This document shows positions 1-25,400 of a stretch of DNA of 64,000 nucleotides, in pieces. Numbering within the stretch: position 1 is the first letter of the stretch; the number at the start of each line of letters is the position of its first letter. The DNA is taken from positions 3,891,943-3,955,942 of the forward strand of contig CM082595.2 of assembly GCA_040954595.2 (NCBI GenBank), in the 5' to 3' direction. This DNA comes from Balanoglossus misakiensis. Taxonomy: Eukaryota > Animalia > Hemichordata. The notes beneath the pieces were generated by a model. It was given only the letters and a program-made list of their open reading frames with translations. It had not been told where the DNA came from and ran no database searches. A program made the translations under genes and the position numbers.

Positions 1-224
1 GAGAGAACATTTGAACCGATAACAGTGTATCCTGTAAATCAGTTGAGTCACACAGTTATTAAAAATTCTGACTGATAAATTCATGTTCGATGTCCTACGG
101 AACTTGCAACACAATTTTACTTGTACAGGAATCATACATGAGATAGGACACATTCTGGCGACTCTTTCAACCATGGAAAAACGAGACAGACAATTAAAAT
201 GACAGGTTATACTGTTTGTAATAA

Positions 225-230
225 TTTATT
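225..230 (-). terminator. Candidate polyadenylation signal (AATAAA) of ABCF3
   Basis: TTTATT on the + strand, ~480 nt past the ABCF3 stop codon. Confidence 0.5.
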
Positions 231-707
231 TTACACATAATTCAATAAATGAATGTTCCAATGGCATAAAAATCTGAATAACAGATGTTCTGATGCTAAG
301 TTGTAACTCTAAGTCACTGTATTTGGTGCAAAAGTAAATATCTGATGACAAAAAAATAAAATGGCTGATGTGAGATATGATATTATAATTCATATGACTA
401 CACAACTCTAAGTAAATTGTCTTTATTATGTTGTTTATGCCATGGAAAAAATTAGAAGACTGGTAGTGGTTTTTGCACTGTCAAATTTTGAAAATGTGCC
501 ATTTTAGCAGACTCGTAAGAATAGTATACAAGTTGGCTTTATGAAAACCATTTTTCTGTGGGATGACCACCTGCTGATGCCTTGATTAACATGCAAATGA
601 CTTCATTATTGTCCAATGACACTGCAGTGCTGATCTTCGAACGCTATTACCGGTACTGGGCAAAGTAATTATTGGATAAGAATATAGAGTCGTGCTGGAA
701 AATTGTT

Positions 708-3700
708 TTAAGACTTTTGCTGGAGGTCAAATTCTTCTTCAAGGATCTTCTTGTATTCGTCGAATCCACCATCCATGCGTTTCACAGTTCCCTTGCCGCA
801 TACCCACAATTCCTTGCAAATCATTCGGATCAGCCGTTCGTCGTGAGAAACGAGAATGACACCGCCCTGGTAAAGAAAGACAATTCAAATTCAACACATT
901 AGGTTTGGTCACTATTTTATATACGGGCGCCTTTTTCATTTGGTCATTACCATATTTTGAAGCAGTTATGCCATATTTGGGAACAGTCGCACCATTTTAG
1001 GAATCGTATTGGCTAAGATGACACGTTTTACATCTGTCACACACATCAAATCTTGATTAATTCATTTCACTGAGTTCAACAAACAAGTATTATTACTTAC
1101 TTTGAATTTATTGAGTGATTTTCCAAGCGCCTCGATAGTCTCCATGTCTAAATGATTGGTGGGTTCATCTAATATTAGGTAGTTTGGGCTGACGAGAAAG
1201 AGGAAACATCAACTCAAATGAAGATTGATGTGATGTGGAAATTATAAAAATAGAATAATAATGCAATTAATTATCAACTGTATTAATGACTATGTCACTT
1301 ACTTGCTCATACACATCAGGGCAAATGCAACTCGACTTTTCTGACCTCCGGATAGACTGGTCACTGACCTTAGAGGAAGGTCGCCGGACACGCCGAAGCC
1401 ACCCAGGGCATGGCGATAGAATTCGGTCGGTTTGCCTGTAATGGATGTTGGAGATATTTAGGGTCACATTTGCGTCGGTTTGATATGTAACTGTGTAGGG
1501 AGGGGCGGTGCTAAAGAAAAGAAATTATGAGGGGGGGGGGCAATAAAATGATAAATTATGTCATAATTTTTTTTTGGGGGGGGCATAGAAAAAAATTGAA
1601 TATCCTCTGGCCCCCCTGGAAGTAAATTCTGGACACTCCCTTATAAGAATGAGCCTTGTTGTGAGGGCAACTGACCTTTGAACCTGGAAGACATTAATTC
1701 CAATGATGTCATGTCCATGTCAAGTTGATCCACATGGTGCTGGCTGAAATAGCCGATCTTCAGGTTTCTATGGACGTGTCTGATTCCCTTGATGGGAGTG
1801 AGTTCGCCGAGAAGAATCTTTAATAACGTCGTTTTTCCCATTCCATTTTCACCGACCTGGTAGGAAAATAACGGTAAGAAAAGTTATGTTGTAATGACAC
1901 AGACTGAGTCTATGAGATGAGGAATGGGTAAAACACAGTACCCAAGATCTTGCCTGAAAATAACAGAATTTACGAAACCCTGGAGCAACTTACAATGCAT
2001 ATCCTTGAATCTAATCCCGCTGAGACGTCTATACACTTAAATATTGGTTTTTCTGGCGTGTAGTGGAACTGCACTTCATCTAACTGAAGAATTGGCGGTG
2101 ATAACTTCTCCTGTAGCTCTGGAAACCTGGTGTGAAAAAATATACAAACATGATCAGATATCACGGAACATTTTAATGTTACGTGATTCAGTCTTCAACA
2201 TTTGATTTCAGAAAAGGGTTGTCATTCGGTTGGAAAATAATTCTAGATATTGATATTGTGGAGCTTACCTTAGAATAACCTCTGTTTCTTTTTCAACTGC
2301 CTTGATTTCTGGCCTGTGAAAAAAATGAAATGCAAACATTGAAATTCATTGTTTGAATTTTATTATAATCAAACTCTGCTAACCATCGTTCAACTCCTAA
2401 ACAACTATAAAAACATGTACTTACATTCTTTCTAGCAGCTTGATTTTACTTTGGACTAATGCTGCTCTGTTGGCATTGTATCTAAATCTATCAATAAACG
2501 CCTGTAAAAACAAACATAGAGATCATAATTATTTCTGGTCAAATTCGTGTCACAAAGTTAAGGGGTCTTGTGATATCTTGTGAAGTTAAGGGTCCAGTAT
2601 ATGCACTGAAAGACTACGCTGATTGGTCAGTTATAGCTGCCAAACTGTTAGCCTAAGGGGTCTTACCTGGACATGCTCCCTTTCCCGCTGTTGTGCCTCG
2701 TATTCTCGCTGTTGGTTTTTCAATTTCTCCTCTTTTGTTCTCATAAATGTTTCAAAGTCTCCCTTGTAGTGGTCTAGTTTCTTGGAGTGTAAATGAATGA
2801 CATCTGTGGTGATGCTGTTTAAGAAATTTCGGTCGTGAGAGACGCAGAGAAGAGTTGTAGGCCAGGCCTGTGTAAACGCATACAAAGGATAAAATTTAGA
2901 TTAGTCTTGGCTTTCTTGTGCATACTCTCGTATATCCCTAACGCTGCCAAGTCAGTATGAACTGGTTTGATTTCCAGGGTGCCTAGAATCCGGGCTCCCA
3001 GGCCCGTTAGGCTGCCAAGTGTGTGTTAATCAGTAGGGCCTATACATGACCCTCAGACCAATACAGTGCAAACCAGTACGATTTGGTACATTTTTCAGGG
3101 GGCTCAGACTGCCAAGTGTGTCTAAGTACGTATGAGAGCCATGTCAAGACAGTCAAAATATGTTTCAGAAGAAAAAGTGGCAAATACGTATTTTAAGGGA
3201 CTTGACACTCTAACCAGATATGACCCCGGTAGCAATAGGGATACTACTCTCATACATTGAAATACATGTACCAAGTGTCAGACAACGTTTCTTGATCTGC
3301 AAAATGCCTACGTACCTGTAAATATGATTCTAGCCAGAATATCGCTTTGAGATCCAACATGTTCGTAGGTTCATCTAGCAGCAGTAAATCAGGTTTGGAA
3401 AATAATGCTCTCGCTAGAGCCAGTCTCATACGCCAACCTCCAGAAAATTCCCTGAAAATAACAAAAAGTGTGAGTTTTATTAAATTTACTTATTCATACA
3501 ATTATGCAGATGTTTAATCATTGTCTTTACATGCAAATGAAGACAGAGAAGTGATAGTGTATTGAATGAACTCACCTTGTTTTTTGGGCCTGCATCTCGG
3601 GTGAAAATCCTAACCCGGCAAGTATAACAGACGCCCTGTGGTAGGAACAGACAAGATATCAGGTCAAAGGTAACAGGTCAAAGGTCTTATCACATGTGGA

Positions 3701-6279
3701 CTACTGTTAAATACTCCAAAAGACAGGGGTGTACAGGATACAAGAGCCCCTCCAACTCACCTCGATGGTGCTTTGTCTGCTTCCATATCTTCTAACTTTG
3801 CATAGATTTGAGACAAAAGAGAACTTAGCGAGCTGTCTGTCGAACCAGGACTGAAAAAAAAAAAAAAATTTCATGAAAAGTGGCCAAATGTCACTCTTTC
3901 ACTAGCAAGAAATTTCACTTTATTTAACTATCACAGTAATAATCACTTAATATATAATCAGGACTTCTCACTCAAAATAACATACCTTGTCGCATGTATT
4001 TTCTCTGTGATTTCTTTCTCCTCTTTGAGCAGCCTCTCTCGTAGTTCATCACACTGTAGTACACTATCTAAAGCTATCGTGTCGTCCCCTTCAACTTCCT
4101 GTTCAACATGTAATATTCGTACATGCAACGGGATACGCAATTCTCCCCTGTAATAAAAAATATTTACAAATTAATCAGGGTTCTGGCCATGTCAGACATG
4201 TTGCTGATAAAATCTGTGCATAAGCAATTTTTTTTCAAGTATTGATGTTCACTTACGTAGATAGAAGTCGTAACATTGTGGTTTTTCCAAGACCATTTCT
4301 TCCGACCAGACCGTATCGTCGACCAAACGATAAGTGCAGATTAGCACCTTTGAGGAGTTCTCTGAAAACGCAGAAATTGACAAATTTTGAAATATACAGT
4401 TTGAGTAAAAGATACAATCTGAAATTTACTTATCCAAAACACTGGGCTTCCACTGCATATGAACAGAAAAGGCAGTGTTGATGAAGAATCGATGGTGACT
4501 TACTTGTCTCCAAAAGCGATGTCGAAATTTTCAATTCTGATGTCACGTGACTTTCCTCCCGCCGAATCGAGTCGACTTTCTTTTCTGTCGATCGCTTGAC
4601 TGGCAGACGCTTCAGCTCCTAAAGATACTCTGCAGATAAAAAATAAAATTGGCTGAATAATTTTGGTTATTTTCAACTCATTGTAAGATCTTACACGACT
4701 TGGTTAATTACTGTAGCAATGGGTTGGTAGCCAAGTACCGGTAATACAAGCCAAGCTTTGTATGAAGCTAAAACATGTGGCCACACGAGACCAAGCAGGA
4801 TCTTTGTAGATTTTGCAGAATGGTCTATTTTCCTGTACGTACGGTGTTTTGATATCTTCCCTGAGTGACCTTTTTTCTTGCTTGGCTTTCAGCTTGGCTT
4901 CTGCCTTCTCCAACTTCTTTTTGTCAACAACCTGTGAAAATGAACGAGAAACAGACAGACATATTCAACCATGTCAGAGTAGTGTCACTGCCAACATTTG
5001 GTTTCTGTACATTTCATAATCATGATCTTCATTATCATCATCGTCACATATCATGATCATGATGACGACGTATCGGGTATACTTACTGAATTTGCGTCTT
5101 TCTGTATGATCCAAATGCTTGTATCTTTCTCAGTATCATCAGCTGCATGACAAAAACAAACAAACATTTAAGTAGTCTACATTTCAATGCAGATATGTGA
5201 CAATGAACTCTTTGTGTAGAGCAGTTGCGAGAACTCATTGTAGGCTCAGATTGTAATCATGCTTACCTTGTTTCTGAACAACTTCACCCAAATGCACCGG
5301 CGCATCCAAAAGGATCATTCCTCCATTTTCCGTATCACCCTTCTCTTCTCTGAAAAAATAACATGTACTTAAGTCAAACAAACTGGAATCATATGTACAA
5401 TATAGGTGGGTCTTTGTTTCAAGTTGTAAATTGTTTTGCTTGGCATATGGGCATAAGACTATCGTTGCCCTTTAATACTTACAGTGACATGGCAGTCAAC
5501 AACTCCGAGCAAATATTTCTGATATCATCGCCACTTTTATCTTCACCAACTTCCTGCAAGACTTCACCAATGGCATCATACAGATCTTCTGAAGAGTCGA
5601 ACTCATCAGTCCCTCCTTCTAAAATACCTAGAGTCAGTAAAAATGGAAGGAAATATTTTAATATTTTCTTCACATAATTATTGGCATGTTGGCTGTTTAC
5701 CTTTGACTTCATGATATTGGCCAGATGAAAGAAATATTTTGTTATGAAATTGGCCAGAAGAAATAAATGTTTTGTTAAGAAATTGGCCAGAAACAAATAA
5801 TGGTATCGGCCAGGGGGCATGGTCGTGTCCACCAAAGTCATAAGATCCTTGTTTTCCATTACTGAAATGTACATATCAATCCATTTCCACATATATACAG
5901 GTAAGGTACGGAACGGTTATGTGTAGGTGTAGATAAAATCAAACCATAGAAACTATGGGATTTGGCCAAAGTTTAACGACAAAGGGGTGAAGATGGTCGG
6001 ACAGTCAATGACTGAACCGGCCTCTGCAATGATGAAAGGAAGTCTCTTCTAATCGACCATTCATTGCCACGACGTATGGCGAGACCGGCTGGCCAGCTTG
6101 AAAATCATGGTCTTCTCTGAAAGTAGGCAACAGGGTGTCATTTTTAACGATTCTCCGAGCAAGAGTTGCCATGGAGTTTCATTCGACAGAACCGATTCTC
6201 ACTTACTGTTCACATATTGCAGTAATTCCGAATCCATTTGGGGAAAACATTGCGAGAGGATTTCACTGTGGGTCGCCAT
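708..6279 (-). CDS. ABCF3: ATP-binding cassette subfamily F member 3 (GCN20-like), 19 coding exons, ~713 aa
   Basis: Exons joined at GT-AG sites: 6279-6207, 5627-5483, 5349-5267, 5142-5087, 4931-4843, 4629-4504, 4361-4257, 4147-3986, 3850-3761, 3635-3576, 3451-3316, 2867-2667, 2501-2425, 2313-2269, 2126-1994, 1856-1676, 1435-1303, 1188-1101, 866-708. Total 2142 nt, frame intact. The N-terminus [30 protein letters not shown] resembles ABCF3. Two NBDs: [22 protein letters not shown] and [22 protein letters not shown]. No TM domains. Confidence 0.96.
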
Positions 6280-6401
6280 CTTGCGAAATACTTATCGCGT
6301 CTGCCGATTGAGGTCGCTCTTCCCAGGTCACAGGTCACCACTTCCGGTATTCCCAGATTTTGTAGTCTGCAAGCAGGCACCGTCTTCAAGGCGTAGCTAA
6401 G
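6274..6401. promoter_or_regulatory. Compact bidirectional promoter ABCF3 <- -> LZIC, including the non-coding first exon of LZIC
   Basis: CpG-rich. YY1-type AAGATGGCG over the ABCF3 ATG, ETS/GABP-type ACTTCCGG (6340-6347), AGGTCAcAGGTCA (6325-6337). A + strand donor AG|GTAAGC at 6402 can splice to the acceptor at 7305. Confidence 0.7.
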
Positions 6402-7355
6402 GTAAGCGAGAACATGTTTTCTGAGATGTTAGCGGTTGTACCGACTTCCACACAGGTGTATCTTACATGCACGATAGTGTGTGAACCAGGCGTGCAGGCT
6501 ATTCGAGTGCGAAACGGTAAAAAAAATGAGGAAACCCCTTTTACAAAATCGACTTCCTGTCGCTGTCAACTGTCCGAAGGGTGAAGCCCGACACATATGT
6601 CCTCAAATGACCTGTTGACGTGCTCGTCTAGCTGTTAAAATCTATATTTTCGGGGAGGAAAACTGCTTGACATTCTCAGTAGTATTATAATGCATCCTTG
6701 TCTTGTGATAAATTTAGAAACTATCAGTCACAACAACTAATGTCATTGGTTGCAGAAGGCCATCGATCCTAGATATGGACACACTGTCAGTTGAAACAAA
6801 CACGAAGCCATTAAAATATATTGAGCCAGTGACTGAAAATAACATACATTGTAGTTCTAACTATAAAGCGGTATATGAAGTTTTAAGTCTCATCCCTGCC
6901 AGTGCCACGCCCACCAGTTCATTGTTATTTTGAGCAAACTTGAATCAGTGAAGTTCATGGCCAGGTCAGCTCAGGTCACTGAACTCCTTGTAGGATTCTA
7001 TATAAAGAGGCAATACTAAATGACATTTTGAACCAGATAGTAAGAGTTTATAAAAGTTACCAAGGCAAACATGAATGCCTGTATATTATGATGAAAGGCA
7101 CACACACCTAGTACCATTTCCTATGCATTGTTTTCCATTTTGAACTTGGAAATGTGCAAGGTCATGCCACATTGTGTTTTGTTATCGAAAACTGATAGAG
7201 GTGACCTATGATCATTTTAATATTTTTTTTTTGGGGGGGGGGAAGCTTGGTTCAAAGCATCAATAAGACTTGAATATAACAAGTTCATTTATTTTCTTTT
7301 TGTAGACATCAGTCTTATGTAGCCCCTGATCAGAGTACCGTTAAAGATTTATTAG

Positions 7356-19150
<11,795 letters not shown>

Positions 19151-19740
19151 GATCAACCCTCTCACCACAATGGTTTGGTCCAAATCCATTGTTTCCGCAG
19201 CAAAGATGGACCTCTACAGAAGAAACTAATGAACAAATTTCAATGATAAATCTTACACACATTTATGTGCCTGCAAAATGATCCACCTTATTACTTTTGA
19301 AGGGGGTATACACTTATAATTTTGATTAAAAACACAATTCTATGTAATTTCTCATAGACTGAAGATAGCCATTATAGCTAGGGTAGGAATATTCTTAAAA
19401 CAGTATTATTTTTGCATTTGTTTCAGAATTTTGCATGATTGTTGAGCCTTAAACATTGTACAGTGTAGAGTTAGACTTTAAGTTGTTTGTACTATCATAT
19501 CTGCCATGTCAAAATTTGCTGAGTTGTCAGTCATATTATCATGTGGAAATGTATCACACATGTAAATAACCTCTTCGGCATTCGTTATATTTCACGAATA
19601 TCTGTTGTAGAATTTTGAACCTAGTACATGTAGCTGTAGTGGTTACACAATGCGATGATTTTAAATCTTCTGTTTTCATACATTGTAGATTTTTTGCATA
19701 CTCTGTAAGGGAAATGATTCCTTGGTATGTCTTGTGACTG

Positions 19741-19746
19741 AATAAA
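19741..19746 (+). terminator. Polyadenylation signal AATAAA of LZIC
   Basis: Canonical hexamer ~590 nt after the stop codon, followed by GT/T-rich sequence. Confidence 0.6.
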
Positions 19747-20408
19747 AAATTAAGAACATATATGTCAAGTGGTCATGGCTTTCTTTATTGATTCAGGATT
19801 GAGGAGATGGTATTAGGAACCCCCCCCCCCCCCCCCCCCTGCCTTGTGGTTCTTCATAAGATTGTTTATGTTTTGAGATTGTCATGTGATGAGTCCAGTG
19901 CATGTTGGTTCATTTACATACAATGTACCTTGTTGTACGCCCCCATGCATTGAAGAAAGACGAACCACTTTCGCGTCAACACCTTTACAATATTGCGTCG
20001 GTCTTCTGCTCAAGGTCGCTCTGAATATGAAAAACATATTTCGCAGTTGTTTCGATAACGATGCAAATGTGACCATCGCACATAAAGCAGCTTCTATCGG
20101 ATTAGAAAATTTGATTTTATGTAAGCCTTATAACTAATCTGAAAATATAGTCGTTTATTAGTCACGTTAACGGCCCAGATTACTTATAAGTTCAGGGACC
20201 GTGATTAAACGTTGTGTAGTGGGCACTGAAGTGCGAGAAATCTGTCCATTTAATGTATTACTAGTATTTTATTCAGGAATAACCTGAACCGTGTACAATC
20301 ATCACGAAAATGCCTCGGCTTACATAGGAGACATACCATTAATGGATTTTTCAAGTTGCTGAACTTCAAAACACTTGTTTAAAAGTAAAACATGGACACC
20401 CGGGGCGA

Positions 20409-20475
20409 CAGTCTCGGTTACCCAGACCCCCCTGCTTCTTCCGTTGAAGCAGGGGGGTCTGGGTAACCGAGACTA
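20409..20475. mobile_element. Tiny hairpin MITE with 9-bp target-site duplication
   Basis: AGTCTCGGTTACCCAGACCCCCCTGCTTC and GAAGCAGGGGGGTCTGGGTAACCGAGACT form a perfect inverted repeat. CCGGGGCGA flanks it at 20400-20408 and 20476-20484. Confidence 0.85.
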
Positions 20476-22269
20476 CCGGGGCGAAGGACTTTCAAAATGG
20501 CCGCCAAATTTGAGGTTCAAAATGGCCGCCTATATCTGTGCTTAGTCTATGGCATTCAAAATGGCCGCCAAATTTAGTGACTTTGAAAATCTCTATGTAA
20601 ACATTATGTAGAAATTTTACTCATAGTTCAACCACACACACCTTCCATCCCACTTGTAGACGCGAGAGCACAATGAATATTCGGTGTTTACCATTTATTC
20701 ATTTTGGCGAGATTTTTACTCTCATATCCTACAAACGTGATGGTTGAATGTTGATTCACTATATATCCACATGTGCATTAGCATAGACAGTGTAGTGAAT
20801 CAAACATAATAAATGGGAAAAGAAGAGTGAGAGAGAGACTTTGTCCCTTTAAGTTGCACAGGAATTCGCATGATTTCTAAATATTAGGCTTATATATCAT
20901 ATGTTCTATTTCAGTACGTAAAAATGACGTAATGGCCTTATTGTTCCATGGTGGCAGGGTCAACTCGGGTCACTAGTCCGATCATCTGGGTTGTCATTGT
21001 ATGGTAATACTGGTATTAAGAATCGACGTCACTTGTTTGTCGTCGTAGTTTGGGGTTCTGCCAAGACAGCTTAAATTGAGTTCATATTTCTTTTAGTTTA
21101 AATTGCAGAAATAGCGACTTTCAACATTGCCTATTCCCTAAAATTTTAAGTGAAAACACCGTGAATCGCATTCAAAGTTGCTTCCAAAATAGAGATAAGC
21201 ATAAATTAAATATATGTAATTGATTTTTTGATCTTTTTTAACTTAAATATACAAGTGAATGTCACAAGTAACTGGTTAAGACTATTAATCGCGTATTTAA
21301 TCACTTTTCAGAGATGAAATTGATGTCGCGCGCGCGCAACGTACATCATGTACATGTACGCGCAACGCGCTTATATTTTCCCGGGGTATTTCCTCCAGCA
21401 TTCGATTATTCGTCGGTGATGTTACCATAAATACTACTAAAAATTCAGTTTCCCATTTCCAGTTATTTTTTCAGATGACGTCACAACTTTTAATAAGCTG
21501 ATGAAGAAAAAGTTTCGGGGAATCACTTCTCACGGAAGTTCGTATTGTATGCTAAAGTGTATTACCTGGTGAAGAGTAGAGAGAATTCAAACTTTGATCA
21601 CTGACTATCACAGTAGATAAGACGGACATTTTGCATCTCGACGAAATTCATAGTTCACACAAACTCTGGAATTAACTGTTTATTTTATATGAATATTAAA
21701 CTTTACGTAATAGGGTGATCGGTTAATATTTTACAGGTTTTTTTTCCGTTCAATTTTACGGTATCGATTGCTTCGTATCACCTGCCGGCTGTTACGTTGC
21801 CAGGTGTTTGACCAGATTGTCTGTCTTAATTTTTCACAAAATTGAACACTTTAATATCCAACATAGGCAAATAATTACATTGTACTAATGTCTCATATTA
21901 AAGAATAGTTTAAAAACATGGTTGGTTGGTCATTTATCGCTATGTTCGGATTTTTTCTGTAAATAATTAAATGTATTGTGTGGGGTAGTGGCACTTGTTA
22001 GAATTTCCAGTGTATTGTTGTAGTGAGTCGTCCCCAACCATTTCTCTTGGGGAATTCAGACTATCGTCATACTACATTTTTGGCAGGATTCAGGGGATAA
22101 ACACACATTCGTAGGCTATGCTTTCATTATCCTCAATAAAAATGTGTACTTGTACTTGTAAAAATGTGTACATGTAAACTGCCTAAAATATCTGAACAAA
22201 GCGGTACGTTTTTCGTTATACTCTGTGCGGATTCCCCTGTGTCGAAAATAATACCGTCCTCCAAACCCA

Positions 22270-22277
22270 TGACGTCA
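22270..22277. promoter_or_regulatory. Full CRE palindrome (TGACGTCA) in the calsyntenin proximal promoter
   Basis: Exact motif ~135 nt upstream of the ATG. A second TGACGTCA lies at 21476-21483. Confidence 0.5.
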
Positions 22278-22412
22278 TTGCAATAGACGAGGTTGAAGCT
22301 TCATTGGGAAAACAAGCAACTGACTGGACGGCCATATTGGCCACAAATTAAGCTTTTTATCGCGTTTTATACAGAAAGATCGGACTATACTGGGGACAAA
22401 CCAACTTCTAAG

Positions 22413-25400
22413 ATGCTTTATAGTCTTTGTAGGATTTACGGGTACGCGGTGGTGCTGCTACTGCTGAGTTTCGGCGCCGTACTCAGTGAAGGTGAGTTAC
22501 CTTGCTTGTCTGTGCGTCAGGATGCGATGGCAAAATATTGCTCGCTTCCGCTGTACGTCGTGTTCGTAAACTTGGGTTAAAATGATGACTAAGATAACGA
22601 ATGATATCGAATTAGTAGGGACACAAGCAACTTTGAATATACATCTGGTTTGTCGTTAAGTTTGAAGTGGTTTGAGAGAAGGCATCACTTAAATTTGGCC
22701 GTACAAAATGTGTGTGTACATCATTCGTTGCAATGACCTGAAGCCTGATGGGGCATATTGTGAAACGGGGGCCAGTTTGAGGGACAAAGAAACTAGTCAT
22801 GTCAGTTTACGCAATGCTAGACAGATATGTCCGCATTACGCCAGTAATTTATTGGACAGGAAGTGCGGTAATGAAGAAAACCACACATTAACATCGCTAT
22901 AGCGAATTATACGTGGTAGGAAGCCCTTGAAATTGCATATATGATCAAGTCCCTTGGGAGATATCGTTTACCGATTCAAAATGGCGTCTTCTATGAAATA
23001 TTTCAACGCCTATACCTTTTATTTTGTGCCAAAATGGCCATAATATTTAGTTCGATTGCTGCTTTGAAAGTATTACATGTTATCTTGACAACCGGTTAAC
23101 TTGCCAGGGCAAAATTTAGGGCCACTGTCGTGACTGATGATAAATAAAAGTAGAACATTATATGGCGAACATAACTTAAGCCCCACCTTGTTGTACCTGA
23201 GTAATTATTTGCAGTTAGACTTTAAGCCTAGCAATTGACCAAAGAAAGTGGGATAGTCCATATATTTCAGATGGAATTGATAAGTACTATATTGTTTAAT
23301 AATACGTGAAAAGCAAATAATGATAAAATTGATAACTAGTGTACTTTGTCTTAAAAACGTGATAATTGATGTTTATTTGAAATTGACATCTAGCAAAGCT
23401 AAGATCACTGCTTCATTTTGGCTGGGAGAAACAAGTCGTACAAAATGAATGGTTTGGGGTCACCTTACAATTCTGTTATGAATGCGATAACCAGAAAGGC
23501 GAACCAGTCATGATACACGGCCGCCAGGAAATTCTTTTCATCAATACAGGGAACATTGACTGACGCGTTTCCTTTGGAGTGGATGTACATTAGTCTGGTC
23601 AGAGTAATGGCGATGTCGTGATGTATATATATAAATAGCAAAGCCAGAAATGAATTTTTCACGTAGGAGACATATTGTTTGATGGCCTTGGTTTAGGTAT
23701 TCTTGCAAGAACCGGTATTTTAGTAATGATAACATTTACAATTCCTGTGGACATAATACAAGACAAGGTCAGTCTTTTATTTCTCTCACAGGGAAAGTAA
23801 ATACATAGGTAAATATTTTTAGGTTGGGTCAGATTTTAAATGATAGCGAGGACAACGTCACGATTTAAAGCCTGCATGAGGGATGGTGATCTCTGACTAT
23901 ACAAGTGATGATCCTCGAGCGAGGGTATAATCAAAATTATGGTCAGAGATCACCAGCCTGAGTCTAATTAACAGAAGTACACAATGTATAATGCAACCTG
24001 TGTTCATATTGTCGCATGACTTTCATCAGCAAAGGTCACTGGTGTGGGCCCTGGGGAGACGCAATGATTGCTGCGCCATTACATGGTTCATTGGGTGGAA
24101 GAACAAAATGGTGATGTACAATTGTGGGAACAATGCGGAATGGTTCTTCCGTGAACCTGACCCTGTTTTAGAGACAAAGTGACCATGAGAATGTTACCTG
24201 TTTATTAAGGACATTTCTCTATTGTGGACAGTTTTTCTGTTCCAATACGTGTCCCTAATAGACAGGTTTCAGTGTAACCCACATTTCATTTTATTTGAAC
24301 TTCAAGAGCTGCCCCAATTATTGAAGCATTCAGTCGCTATGCCTTTCATTGCCCGTACGCCTGACTGGCATTTGTTGAATGGTTCAATTAATTTTTGTAT
24401 TGTTACGCAGTATGGGTTCATAAGGAGGTGGTACTGTATCTATCCACATTGACGTGAACACTAGGGGTCTGTGAACACCTGTCATTTTACACATAGAAGT
24501 GTGAATGGCTTTGAAAGAGTTGCACTAGAATTGTTTTATCAGAAATTTTCCAGATCATGTTACCCGTGGTTAGAGTTATTATGCTTTGGACACAGCTGTT
24601 ATAGCATGTAAATGATAGTTTTCAATCTATACCTAATCTCCTCACAAATTTATGGGCTGTGTATATAAAGTAGGAAGTATTATATTTTCAATATTAGGCC
24701 ACTGTGTACAAAGGTGGTTAAGCTTTGACACGGCTTGGTGGTACATTGTAGGTAGCAGTTTATTTTGCTTCGATGCTGCCTATGAACAGGAAAGTACCTG
24801 GACATACTTGTATCACTCCTTTTAGTTTTAAGGACTGTGGCACCACGAAAAAGATTGCGTTGCTTTGTTTATTATATTTTTCTGTTGGTGTATTGTTATT
24901 GAAGCGGTCTGATTGCGTATCCCCCATTCTTGAATTACTATACTTTTTTGTTATTTTCCTCTAAAGTGGTCTGAAAGCCCAGACACTGGTTTCCTAATAT
25001 GTCGGTCTAGGTGGAAACCGGTATTCGGTAGCCTGAAGCAAATTCTATGTGAAAACGGTAACCACAGCTTTTGTAATGAAAGACTGCTGTTGTAGGAGTG
25101 GTACTAGACAATAGTCAACGGAAACCAGATCTCGTAAACCACCCCTTGTCTGTAGAGCGATTGGCAAACTAAAAGGTCTTTGGTTTATTTTCCGCCATGA
25201 GAAAAAAGGGCTCGTTTTCCAGGCAACCACTTGACGTATAGTGTAGGGTCTGTTCCGTGGGTCTGGAATGAGTGAATACTGGGTTCCAGGTCATTAGATT
25301 TGGGACATTTCCGTTGCTGCGTAAAAGAGGGGACTAATGCACTGCATGTTGAAGGAGACATCGGCATTAACTTCCGAATGGGTCGTTTGCAGAATTCAGA

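Noticed and set aside
19882-20030. Possible C/D snoRNA (GTGATGA...CTGA)
   Set aside because: Intergenic, weak terminal stem, and no recognisable rRNA or snRNA antisense element
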